DNA of 64,000 bases from Camelus dromedarius (taxonomy: Eukaryota), in the NCBI RefSeq assembly GCF_036321535.1, contig NC_087447.1, positions 35,404,001 through 35,468,000 of the forward strand, given 5' to 3'. Below the pieces are notes generated by a model. It worked only from the letters and a program-made list of their open reading frames with translations, had not been told where the DNA came from and searched no databases. Below, piece after piece: positions 39,000 to 51,300 of the stretch (positions are counted from its first letter, which is position 1; the number at the start of each line of letters is the position of its first letter). A program made the translations under genes and the position numbers.

Positions 39000-39113
39000 C
39001 TAGTGGCCTTGTGTACCAGTGGGGAACTGGTTTGGCATCGTCTGGACGGCGGTTGTGCCCTGGGCAGACTCTCCCATTGTTTTTGACAGCAAAGGAACCG
39101 AACAGAGTGACAG
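39000..39113 (+). CDS. SERGEF: SERGEF exon 6 (114 nt)
   Basis: ctgggaag|CT; ASGLVYQWGTGLASSGRRLCPGQTLPLFLTAKEPNRVT; donor G|gtaagg. Confidence 0.92.
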
Positions 39114-41613
39114 GTAAGGCCCTCATTTCTTCTGAGTCCTATATTGATTCTTTGTCTGGAAGTGGAGACACAGACATGCAGAAAATGGGTAAATGGAGTT
39201 TTGCTTTTCTACTTTTTGGTCTCTGTCTTAATTCTCTCTATTGGTTGGTCTCTTACTTTGCTGGAATTTTTGTGGGCCCAGTAAGAATACCCCTCTTTGC
39301 TGTCAGAATTTGGGACCCACTGAGAGATAGATGCAAGTCAGGTAGGTGGAAATCAAAATGGTAGCTCTAGAACTGTTAAATGTTAGATTGGAAGAGGTGA
39401 CTCAGGTGTTTGGAAATAATGTGCAGCAATAGTGGGTCTCTTAAGTTCTGAATCCCACGTTGAGCTTAGCCCCCAGGCACTGGAGCAGCTGCATTCAGTC
39501 GGCTCTGCTAAGTTCCCTGCTTAGAGCACTCAGAGCACAGAGGAGGCCCCCTCTCTGCAGGCAGATGCACCCCAGAGGGAGAGCCCAGAAGGGCTGCACC
39601 TCGCCTGCCCAGCTCCCTCTCCCAAAAGGAAAGCAGGAGTGGGTGAGGATGGAGAGAGGATAGGAGCATTCCCCTGGGGAAGGCTCTCTCATGGGTACAG
39701 GAAGAGTAGGTAGGAAGGTCCTGCCCACAGGTCTGTGGGTCGGTCTTTTGTTAGTAAATTAGTCTCTAGGACTTTGTCTCTCTCTCCCTCCCTCTGCCCT
39801 CCACTCTCTTCGTGGGCCTTTCTCTCTGGGTACGTAGCACCATGAAGCACCGTGTCTCCACCTCCTTCTCCTCCTCTTCCTTTCTCTCTTGCTCTCTTAC
39901 TTTGTGACCCAGTTGATGGAGGGTTGGCCGTAGGAGAAACCTGTAAGGAAACCTCTATTCGCCTCTAGCTCAGAACAAGGAAAGAATTTTTGAGGGTGGG
40001 AGGAAGGGGGAAAGAAAAGGGAAGGGTGAGCTGCAGTGGGAGTGACTTAGAAGATGCTGGGACCATTTTGATGTTCTTAAGTCCTAGGGGCGCTCCCCTT
40101 CAGTGGAGGTGAGGTTAGCCTCCCTGAAGCCCATGGGTTGAGTTGGGGAGGTTACTTTTCAGAAGGAGAAGGAGCTACCGGACACAGGACAGACAGTCCA
40201 CTTCACATGACACTGAAAGCATTTGTAATTTATAATCCATTCTTCTCAAACAGTTTTCTTGCTTCACCAAGGTTTTATTCACTGCTCCCTGGGCATATCC
40301 TGCATTCTCTTCATCTGTGCCTGTGGGCAGACTGTTACCTGCCTGAGATGCCTTTCCCTTCCTGCTCCCCTGGGGAAAACCCTGATAATTTTTCAAGGCA
40401 TACCTCAGATACAGCTTTCTCAGTAAAGACTCTTCCCTCTTCTCAGCTCCACTGAATTTTCTCTATGTGCCTGGACAGCACAGCGTATTGTACTGTTATC
40501 AGTTGTTTCCAAGTTTTCCCACATGCCAAAGAGTATGAGCTTTCTAAGGGTGGGAACTGTGTCTACTTTCTGTTTTAGCACAAGACCTGTAACTAAAAGG
40601 AATCAGAAATGTTTTTATTTGATTTGATTTAAATGACCTGATTGGGAGCTGCTTGGGGCACAGCTTAGATTCAGAGATGATTTAGGGGAGTTTTCTGGTG
40701 AGACGTTAGAATAGATATCAGCTTCCTGCCCTCAAAGTCTTTCACTTCATTCTCCCATCTTTACCTCATTGCCATCAGCTCTGGAGCTGGAACCCTGGAC
40801 GTCCTCTCCTGACCTGGCCACTAGGGGCCCAGTGCTTCCTCTTTGGTGAATGTGGCAGAAACATCTGCTTTGTTCCCTTCTCATTCCACAGGATATTTGA
40901 AGGCATGAGGGACATTTTATTAAGGCAGTAGTAAATTAAACAGAACTGTCAAAAGAAAGAGTTATAGAATAAGACTACATTTCTCTGCATGCCAGACCAG
41001 GTGACCACAGCTTTGAGCAGAGTAGACTGGGATTACACCCTGACGTTGAAGGCAGTGTATTTAAAATGGGGAAAGTGCTGGATTTGGAGATAGGAGGCAG
41101 GTTCAAATTCTAGTTATGCCTGTGTGTTTGTGGGAGGCCTGGGCTTGTGTCTCAGAGTCTGCATGTGAGAGCAGCTGAGTATATGAGATGCCATTGCTTC
41201 TAGGCCTGCTCCGTGGACACATATGTGTACACACATGTGCTTATACAAACATACACCTGCGTCTGTTTATCTCTAGTAGAAACCACGAGGTTACACTGAC
41301 TTCAATTTCAGTCCAGTATCACATGGTCAATTCTAGCCCTTCACCTTTTCATAGCTGTACCTTTCTTCCTTTTAATAGTGGGAAATCTAGCTCCTTTATC
41401 ATCAGAATATTTACTTGTTTGTTCAATCCCCTGGATATAACCAGTCTCCCTGCCAGCCGTCTTCTTGGCTGGTGCCGCTGACTCAGACCTTCCTGCGCCG
41501 GGTGAGAGTTTCTCCCCAGGCGCTGGTGGTCCCTGGTGATCCCTGCCTATGTCCTTTCTCTGCCCAGTTGGTTCTGTTATAAATGTGATTTCAAAATAAT
41601 TTTTTTTTGATAG

Positions 41614-41676
41614 GCCTAGAGAATTCTCAAGCAATATGTGTTCTTGCTGGCTCAGATCACTCTGCTTCACTGACAG
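41614..41676 (+). CDS. SERGEF: SERGEF exon 7 (63 nt)
   Basis: ttttgatag|GC; GLENSQAICVLAGSDHSASLT; donor G|gtaggt; read manually. Confidence 0.93.
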
Positions 41677-42049
41677 GTAGGTAACATGCCATTCAGAACT
41701 CTGGGTATTTCTGCCTCAAGTGGTGTTCAAGGGGATATAGAGGGAAGAGCACAGGCTTTGGAGTCAGAATTTGGATGCCGCTGCCGGTATGATCTTACAC
41801 AGGTCACTGTACCTTCCTGAGACCATTTCCTTGTCTGTAAAATACTTTGTGGGCAGTTTTGAGAATTAAATACGATAATACATTAAAACACTCGGGTGAA
41901 ATGTAAGTCACTTCCTTTCCTCTGAGTTTATTTTCTCAGCTGTGCTATCGGGATGAGATTAGCTTCCTTTCAGGGTAACTATGATTGTCAATCGTATGAC
42001 CAACAGTACATTTATGTAGAACGCGTGGTTATCTGTCTCATCTGTTTTG

Positions 42050-42430
42050 ATGTCTAATACAACTATCTACGCTCTCTCCCTGTCTCTTTTCTCTAGCTCT
42101 TTAATCTCAGACTAACCTGTTTTATCCACCCATGTCTCTTGGCTCTATTTACCTGTTTTCCTGTTTGCTCTCTGTATTTATCTACTCTATTTTATTTAAC
42201 TATGTATCTCTATTTTTATTTATCTTGCATCTTTGTGTCTTTTTGTCTAACCTGTGTCTCCCTATTTCTCTAACTCTAGTTGTGTATGTATTTTTCTAAT
42301 CTATTGTATATTTTTATATATTTCTCCAATTGATCTCTCTCCTCCATTTCTTTGATCTATCCCGCTGTCTAGTCTTTTTTTTTTTCTCTCTCTCACACTG
42401 TATGTATCTCTCTGTCTGGCTATCCATCTG
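42050..42430. repeat. Degenerate pyrimidine-rich (TCTA/TCTG-like) low-complexity tract
   Basis: About 380 bp dominated by C and T on + strand with recurring tcta/tctc/tgtc motifs. Confidence 0.65.
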
Positions 42431-45383
42431 TTTGGCACACCCAGCCAATACAGTATAAACTTTCTAGTGACAATGCATCATTTTCTTGAAAGTGAAGGTT
42501 ATCCCTTCCAAAGGCTATATTTTTCAAAGCACAGGTTGCCCTGATCCCTGCTGTTGGACAGGATAGTTTGGTAAGACCTCTTACCTAGAGTTGAATGCAT
42601 TACATTTTTTAAGCAAAGGAAAATGACTTTCATATACAGTGTTTTCAGTGTTTTATGTGGAAATTGAGGTATGGACACATTGTGAATTAGAGGAGGCATG
42701 CATTCTTCAGCATCAGATTTGTAATGCAGTCTGACTGAGGGGCTGTTACTGTTTCCAGAACACAAGAGTCGTAATGCAAGAGTTTAAATACTCTACAAAT
42801 TTGGAACTACAGAATTTATTTAATTCTGTAATTCATAAATGTATTTAATGAACTGAAAACGGCTAACGAAAGAAATACCTGCTTTTGGCCTATGTCTCAT
42901 ATTAGGTCAATTTATGGATATGCTAAACAGGTTAAGTTGAAATGAATGCTAGCTCTCAGGGACTCCCCTGGGCATGTGGCCTCACCTCCCCTTTTATAGA
43001 GGGAGGACAAGAGGCCCAAGGGCAGGAAGTTTTTAGTTCATCCCTGACAGTCAGTGAGGGCTGGGGGAAGGCATTCTTTTCTGAGAATAAGAGCAGGCTA
43101 AGAGAGGTTTCTATTCTGTTCTAATTAATTTGAAATGGCTGGTATTATGTAAATCTAGAGATTCTTCTGATTGCTTGCTGACATCAATTTCTTAAAAAGT
43201 CTTATAATTAGTAAAGTTATGTATTGTTTCATATGTAGAACACTTTTATTATGGTGTTTTAAAAACATAGTGTTGATTTTTTTTTATTGAGATGTACCTC
43301 ACATATGAAATTCACTCCTTTAAAGTGTACATTTTAGTGATTTTTTAAAGTATATTCACAAAGTCAATTGGTTTTTGATATTTTGAAAGTGAATTAAAAA
43401 GCATCAGGATTAATATCCCTCTTTCCTGGTCTAGTTCAAGCTGCTACACACTGGATTTTGTTCAGTGCTCTTTAGACCTTCTCTCTGGAGTTACTGTAGA
43501 TTATATAACTGTTTGGCATTGCAGCAGAATTTAATTTTGCCTGCTGATGCAACAGTGTAATGATCTGTATGTGGAAGGCAGTTCGTCTTTGCAAAAAGAT
43601 GATTTAAACTTACTAAGATGAACGAAGGCTTATTACAGATGCAGGCTCAGTATCCTCTCAATGGGCTGAGACTTTGCTGCCCTCTTGTAAGGGATCCGCA
43701 TACTTTGCATGCCGTAGTGAGGCCCAGGGAGGATGCCCTCTCTCTAAGCATGAAGTACACCACATTCAGTTTATAGAACTTCAGAATGTCAGTGCTGCAG
43801 GGCCACCTGGGTGACAAAAAGGCTCCACTGATTAGCAGTCCCTCATTTCAAACTGGATGAAGTGGAGACCCAGAATGTGAAGTGATGTGTCCAGCATCAA
43901 AGAGTGATCCAGTAGCAGATCTGGAACTTGAACCCTGAATCTTGGTCTCATATCCTTTAATGATACTATTTTGCTTCTGATCAGTTTTTGGGAATATACT
44001 AGACTTCCGCAGGGAGTCTATACTGTAAAGCTTCACTGGGAGGTCTCAGAATGCAGTAGAAGCAAAAAACCTGGCTTCTAGTCTGCCTGGACCCCTTACT
44101 AGCCATATAATCTTGAACATCGTTTAACATCTCTGAGCCTTGGTTAATTCATCTTCTAGAATAATGCTGTCTAGGAGAAATATAATGTGAACTGCATTGC
44201 AGAAAGTAAAAAGAAACAGGTGAATTAATTTTAATAATATGTTTTACTTAACCTTGTATATCCAAAATATTATTTCAATATGTAATCAGTATGAAAATTG
44301 TAAATGAGTCACACTCTTTTGGGGTTTTTTGCACTAAGTCTTTGCAGTCCATTGTGGTTTTTTTTTTTTTTTTCCGATCTTCAACACATCTCAGGTTGGA
44401 CTAGCCATGTGTCAGGTGTTCAGTTCTGTGTGCTATACTGTACAGTGCAGAACCTTGGAAAGTCACAGTTGGGAAAGCACTTAGAGATCATTGAAGGAGT
44501 CACAACCTGTAGATTCAGAAGCTAAATTGTAGCCCATGGCCCCATTTTGTTTGAATTCCAGTTAAAGAATTGTTGAACATAAATGTGTTTTGGACAAGCA
44601 CGTGCCCTCTGGTTTGTTGCAGTTGCCTGCTGGTCTCTCCTGTTACCAGTGTCATCAGTTATATTGTCTGCCCTTCTTGACCAACCACCCTTCCCCTCCA
44701 GTCTTCAGCTGGTGAAACCAAGGCTTTAAGAGGAAGTGATTTGTCCAAGGTCAATAGCTAGTTAGCAAATCCAGGAATAGAAGCCAGAGTCACTTGACTC
44801 TGAATCTGCTCTCTTTCTATTAAATCACAATGTCAGTCATTCTCATTCCTGCTTATATCACAGGATTATTATGCAGTTCAGACAAGCTTAAGTGCTACAC
44901 AAATGTGATGTGGTAGCATTGTATTGTCTGCTGGACAGGGCATGTAGTGAAATCTTACAAAGTTTGAGCTTTAAATTGGCTTTTAACCTGTTATTTTGAA
45001 AAGTTAGCTTATATTTTCCTAACAAAAGGTAATGCAATCATTTATTTTAAAAAGTGTAGAAATAGAGAAACATGTCTTGCACATGGTAGATGTTGAATAA
45101 ATATTTATTAAATGAATTAATGAAAAAAACTCACACATTCCTATTCATTAACAAACTGCTAAGAACATTTGGCCTTGTTTCCTATTTATAGAAGTTTAAA
45201 AATCTTACATATTATTATGCTATATATACATTTTATACTTTATATTTTGCTTTGCTCTAATTAACACTGTAGCATAGGAATAATACAACTTCTTTTATAC
45301 ACTTTATTTTTTTCGGACTTAGGTTGTTTTCTATCATTTTGGACTAATGTTCCCTCACCTCTTTTGTTCCCCTTCTGTTTAAG

Positions 45384-45542
45384 ATGCAGGAGAGCTGTAT
45401 GTTTGGGGAAGCAACAAGCATGGGCAACTGGCTTCCCAGGCTGCTTTCCTCCCTGTGCCCCAGAAAATAGAAGCACATTGTTTTCAGAATGAAAAGGTCA
45501 CTGCTGTCTGGAGTGGGTGGACACACCTGGTTGCTCAGACAG
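45384..45542 (+). CDS. SERGEF: SERGEF exon 8 (159 nt); gene continues beyond window
   Basis: tgtttaag|AT; DAGELYVWGSNKHGQLASQAAFLPVPQKIEAHCFQNEKVTAVWSGWTHLVAQT; donor G|gtgaga; the expected next exon (ETGK.FTWGRADYGQLG) was not found downstream. Confidence 0.94.
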
Positions 45543-48138
45543 GTGAGAGAGCGGCAGCGAATTTGTGGTTGGTAAGAGCAGCTGGGGGACAGCTGTCTAA
45601 ATGGCTGTGAATGCTTGGGATTAGGTAAGTTGGTTTTTTACTGATGATACACTTTTAGGACTAGTAAGAGGAGGACGGAGGACCTGGGATCTAGTTCTCC
45701 TCTCTGGATCGCAGGTTTGCTCCCAAAAAGGCAAGGCTGGGAGAGGTTAACTCCTTCTGGTCCTCAGTGTCCACGAGGTTGTGAGAAGGAACCCATTGCA
45801 GCAAGCATCACCCAGAGATTTGTCCAGGTTGTTGGGGAGTCTTTGCCTTGTTACACTAAGGAGATGACTCTAGTTGCATTTCCACCTGAGTCTAAATTAA
45901 AGGCGTCAGAAACTGTTAAGTTAAAGATAAACATTTCAAGATTGAGGCAGGAGCATTATTTTGAATCATAACTGGCATGGTATTTTGATTTAAATTTGTA
46001 TTAACCCTAACAAACTATGTGTGTTGATTCAGACATCCCACATATTTCCTTACCAGGCCATGCCATCCAAATTCTGTCATCTTTATCTTTTCTTGATAAT
46101 ATCTTCATTTCTTTCTCATCTTTCCCTTAGGGCAGTTCTCCTTTCTTGGTCTTCATATTCCTGATTTGTTGTCAGGAAATTTGTTTTTTTGTGACCTCCC
46201 TTCTTCCCAGCCTTCCTGGAGCATGTGCTGAATTACACAGAGTTTCCCAGGCAGGCAATCTGTAATTCTTAAGACCCAGTATCATGTCAAGGCCTCTTAA
46301 ACTTCAGGGGTTCTTAGGAGTTCCATTGCCTGCTCTTAGCCTGCTTGTTAGCTCCACGTGGATCTTTAGACTCCCAAACACTGGGTGACTTATTCCAGTG
46401 CTTTCTAAAGTGAGTTTTTCAGGTCAGCTTTGGTCATCCTTGGTAGTCACACATTCTACACATTTGAACACATGGACATAGACTTAGGAGAATTTTATCT
46501 GTGATGCTTTTAATTGGTCCTTAAAAATTTTTTTAAGAAAGTGTGTCACTCATTTGGAGGAAAATCATGACTTTCCTCAAAGAAGTTGAAGGTTGGGACC
46601 ATCTACATAAATTTTTCTTAAAGAGACTCACTGAGCATAGTAGCTGCTTATTTGTGTAATTGTTAATCGCTCTCTCTTCCTCCAGACAGGGAGTTGTGTG
46701 TGGGAAGGCACCCTATGAACCTTGCTCACTTCTGTATCTACTGCCTAGCCGAGAAAGTATTCACTTCCTGCTTTAAACTGTTTCTAGTTAAAAGAGACTA
46801 AACATACTCAGATGCATATGAGGCTGGGTAGGTAGCAAGGATTTCTGACCTCTTTCCTTGGGTGCACTGGCCTGTGATCAGAAGGCTTCAGTTTGTCTCT
46901 TTGGATTCAAGAGTCCAACGAAATCAGTTATTGTTCATTGGGAACCTGTTGAGCAGTGTGCTAAACCTTGGAGAAGGAGAAAAGACCTGGGCTGTGCCCT
47001 CCTGGTACAATGTGTAGATGGGCTTGAGTCTAAGAACGCAGAGATAGAAGACTTTACCATCCGTCTGTCCCTCATACAAATGGTGAGGCTCAGTTTATGT
47101 ACCATGCCTTATACTTGATCTTAATCCTGCCCTCAAGGAGCCCACTTTCACCAGGGGAGACAGACCTTTCATCAGATTTCAGTGCAGCAGTAGAGCTAAG
47201 TCAATGAGCAGAAGTGGCCCAGACACTAGCAGTAGTGTGAGTCATTGGGTGTTAGCAGGTAGGCGTTTCATACTTAGTCAGTCTTCAAAGAATTGCAGTG
47301 CAATAAAATACACTTACTACCAAATGGTAGTGAGTTTAGTGGAGTCTGTCAGTAAACCCATTAACTGGTTAGGCAGCGGACTAATGAAAGACGGAAAGAC
47401 TTCCCTGCTTTGATTCTAGCTTTGCAGCATCGGAACGCATGCTGATTTCCACATCTGGGCCAACAGCCCAGCCCTCGGGGTGGGAGTTTGGAACCCAAGT
47501 CCCTGACACCGTGTGAGTCACCCCAGCTGCTCTGGGACCCAGCTTCGGGTCTCCACCTCCACTCGAGGGCATGATTTTTGGGTAAAGTTTCAGCTGTTTA
47601 ATTAACTTGTTAACTCAGCTCTCTTGTTTATGCCCTTCATCACTTTCCCCTGTCTCCTAAGTCCACAGTGGTTAAAAGCTGGGATGTTTGAGTGTCCTGG
47701 TTGTCGTGCGGAGCTTTGGGTAAATGGTATTCGATTCACCTCGTTTGCTCTCCTCCCAGCAGCAGTGGAAGCCTTTGCCCAGGCGCCGTGTCATTGAGAA
47801 GAAACACCCAGGGCTTCCAGTTTAAGCAGACCCAGCTGCTCACATTAATGGGAGCAAAATTTGCTCACAGGGTCAGAAGCAGCTTATTAATGGAACAAGG
47901 AATTGTTCGACTGTAGTTATTTTTGCAAGCTCCAGTGGTGAATTGTCCCTGGGACCTACCTGCAGCCACATCAGCGCAGAGGCTGCTCCCATGCTGGAAG
48001 ACATTAGTAGTGTGATGTTGATTAAAAACAGTTTATGGGCAGTGACCAGAGAACTGTCCAGTGAGGTGGGATGGGCTGGGCTGGGTTAGGATGAGAGAGA
48101 GGGAGTAGACTGCTTTCCCTTCTCCATAGTCCTTCAGC

Positions 48139-48330
48139 CAGGGACTCTCAACCGCAGGTGACTTTGTCCCTCAGGGGACATTGGCAATGTCTGGAGACAT
48201 GTTGGTTGTCACAACTGGGGGTGTGGTGGGTGTTACTGGCATCTAGTTGGTCCTATAATGCAAGGGCAGCCCCCACAGCAAAGAAATACCCAGCCCCAAA
48301 TGTTAGTGGTGCCCTGATTGAGACATGCTG
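48139..48330. mobile_element. MER20 hAT-Charlie MITE
   Basis: ctcaacc..ggggacattggcaatgtctggagaca..ggttgtcacaactgggg..tactggcatctag..gccccaaatgt..gtgcc..ttgaga. Confidence 0.8.
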
Positions 48331-51300
48331 CCCAGGACGCCATCCCCAGTGGTAGGTGCTTAGCGAGGGCAGTTTACATGGTGTTAGGATAACTACAGTT
48401 TGTCTGTTTGGGAATCTGGGATGCAGTCTCTGCCCTTCCCCTTCGGGAGTCTGGTGCCTGACTGCAATGCTCGCGATGGAAAAATACTTTTCTCTGTTAG
48501 TCAGAGGCATTTGGAACGAGTCCAGGAGAACCTGTTCTAATCTGGGGAAGTTGGCAAAGTACCTGGGTCTTAGGCTGCAGTCTAGAAACCTTCCCCAAGC
48601 TGCCTAATGTCCCTGATCGTTGTTCTTGGGAACTTCATGGGACTCCTGGGTGACTTTATCCAGGCTCGGTGACCTGCCGCTGTCTCCTTGGAGATTCATG
48701 ATTTCCTGGCCAGAAGTGCTTGCAGTGAGAGCTGGATGGCAGATCTGAGTGCCTTACGAGTTGGGTGACCTTAGTCAAGTCACTTCACCTGCCTAGGCCT
48801 CAACTGCCTCAGCTCTCGGGGAGGAGATTAAAATCTACCTCTCTTTGCATACAGCCGTTGTAGTGTTCAAATGAATGACTCTGTGAAAGATCCTATCTAA
48901 CTGTACAGTGCTGCACATACATAAGTGGGGGTGCCTGTGGCTGGGATTGTGAGTATATTAAGGAGTTAGCAGTTGCTTTTAGAAAGATTTCTGCTTCAGC
49001 AGGGTCTGTGCAGGGCTTGAGAGGGCTCACGAGTTGGCCATGCTTGAGATCCGACTCTTGGTAGTCGAAGTTTCCTGACATCTTTTGCTGACATGTAGCC
49101 TGTCAAATGCCTGTTTTATATGATCAACAGTTTGGAAGTTCTTTATATCCTTACACGTAATTTCTCTGTTATAATCTCTGATCATGCTATTCTTCCTTCA
49201 TGGTACTCACCCCAGTTTGTAATTGTGTACATCCAATTGCCTTCTTATTTGTTTGATGTCTAGACTGTAAATTCCATGAGAGCAGTATCTGTTTAGTTCA
49301 CGGCTATATCCCCAGCACATGGCACAGGCCCAGCACACAGTAGATGAATGAATAAGGAGAGAATCATGGGTTTGAAGTCAGACAGGCCGAGGTTTGAATC
49401 TCAGCTCTGCCAGCTTCCTGATCGTGTGGTTGTGGCAGCTCTACCCCTCTCTGTCACCACCGTAGTTCAGGCCACTGTCACCTCCTGCAGGATCCTGCAG
49501 GGGCCTCTGACTGGTGTCCCCATCTTCCCACATTCGCTCCCTCTCCCCTCCAGTCTGTTCTCCATACTTCAGTCAGAAGATCTTTTCAAACCCGTGTCAC
49601 ATTCCAGTGGCTTCCCACTGCTTTTACGATAAAGACACAATCCTTAGTGGTTACAGGCCAGGCGTGGTCTGCCCTCTGCCTGCCCTTCCAGCCCCATTTC
49701 TGACCACGCTAGTCCTTAATCTCTCTTTGACCTCTACTCTGGCCTTGGTACCTGGAATGCGTCCTTTATTTCCCACCATAGTGTCTCTGCAGCTGATGTT
49801 CCCTCCATTTGCCACACCTATCCCTGCTCTCCCTCTTCATTCTGACTTAGTTACATCCATTTTTTCCCCCCAGACCTCAACTTAGTCGTCACCTCCTCAG
49901 GGAGGCCTTTCCTTGCCATCCCTGACTAATCACTTTCCCTTTTACCTCTTCTCATGGCACTACAACCTCTCCTTCGTGCTATTTTCTGTAGGGTTCTTTA
50001 GCTCATTCCCCTCCCACCAGGCTGTAGGCTCCATCCCAGCAGGAGCCACGTCTGTTTTGCTCAGCATTGTAGCCTCAGTGCTTGGCAAAGTACTTGGCAC
50101 ATATGAGGTAGGTACTCAATGCATGTTGGACAAGTGAGTAAACCTAACTTCTCTGAACTTATTTCCTCATTTGGAAAATGGGGAAATACTGCTGACCTTG
50201 GATGAGGATTAAACGAGATGGTGTATTAAATCTGCCAGCATCCAGCACAGGATGGGTCTTGTGTCAGTTCAGTACACATTAGCTTCCTCTGCCCTTTGAA
50301 ACTCTGGAGCAATCAGGTCAGATGCCCCATATCTTCTCTTTTGAGCTGAAGTCTCTATGGGGCTGGATATGAATGTCTCTGGATTGGTAACAGGTTAATT
50401 CAGGACTCTCCTGGTGAGCTCAGAAAGATCAATGTTTCCAAATGCTAAGTGCCGGGTTGTTGGTGACTTAGAATTTCAAGGGGAATAATTTACACAAGCT
50501 CCAGACCTTAATGTGGAATTGGTCAGAATGTTTAGCATCCGGTCTCTTTGGGGATGCTGGAATTCTTACGCTGGGCCTTGCAGTATCCCAAAGCAAGCAG
50601 CCTTGTGGTCTCACAAAGGCTGTGGATGTTGAGAAAATGGGCCCAGATACAAAGTTCTTGATGTTCTTCACTCTCTCCATTGTCACCTTAAAAAGTCCTG
50701 AAGTCTTATAAGTTTTAGAGAATCAGAAATGAAAAGAGAAACTTCCTCACTTTGCAAATGAGAAAACTGAAACAAAGAGGAGAGAAAGTGCCTTCATGGC
50801 AGCTTTGAGGCTGGACATCCAGTTGTAGTTTTCAGCAAAATTTCCCCTTCTATCACTGTCCTCTTGGTTCTTGGTTATGTCCTTTTAGTTGAGATTTTTT
50901 TCTTTTGTTTCTGTAAAGTGGGGAATTGCATGGCATGTGCAGAAGGGCCCAGCTCTTAGCCACTCTCCTTTCTTCAAGTACCACAGACCAAGAAATGTTT
51001 TATTGCATTTGACATCTAAGCATTAGTGAAATCCAAGCCCAGTCATTGATTCACACTAAACTGAGTTTATAAATATACCTAATGCTGATTTTTCTGTTTT
51101 GGGGCCAAGATCCTTTCCAGAATAGGGTGCCAGTGTATATTATCTTCTTTGGGACCATGTGTCATGAAACCTCAACTGAGCTCAGGGAGACTTCTGACCT
51201 CATAGGCTCTATTTAAAGCAGGTGCTTTGGAATTCATGATGTTTGTGCTTTAGAACTTTGAAAACCCAAAGGTTGAAAGTCAATCAAAACCAAAGAACTC

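Noticed and set aside
38900..39364. 154-aa ORF as a separate gene
   Set aside because: It is SERGEF exon 6 with chance open intronic flanks
43639..43813. Possible duplicated/mutually exclusive SERGEF exon 8 (acag|ATGCAGG start, reads DAGSV...)
   Set aside because: Similarity is limited to the first 7 nt; no pyrimidine tract, no RCC1 WGxNxxGQL motif, and the frame ends in a stop
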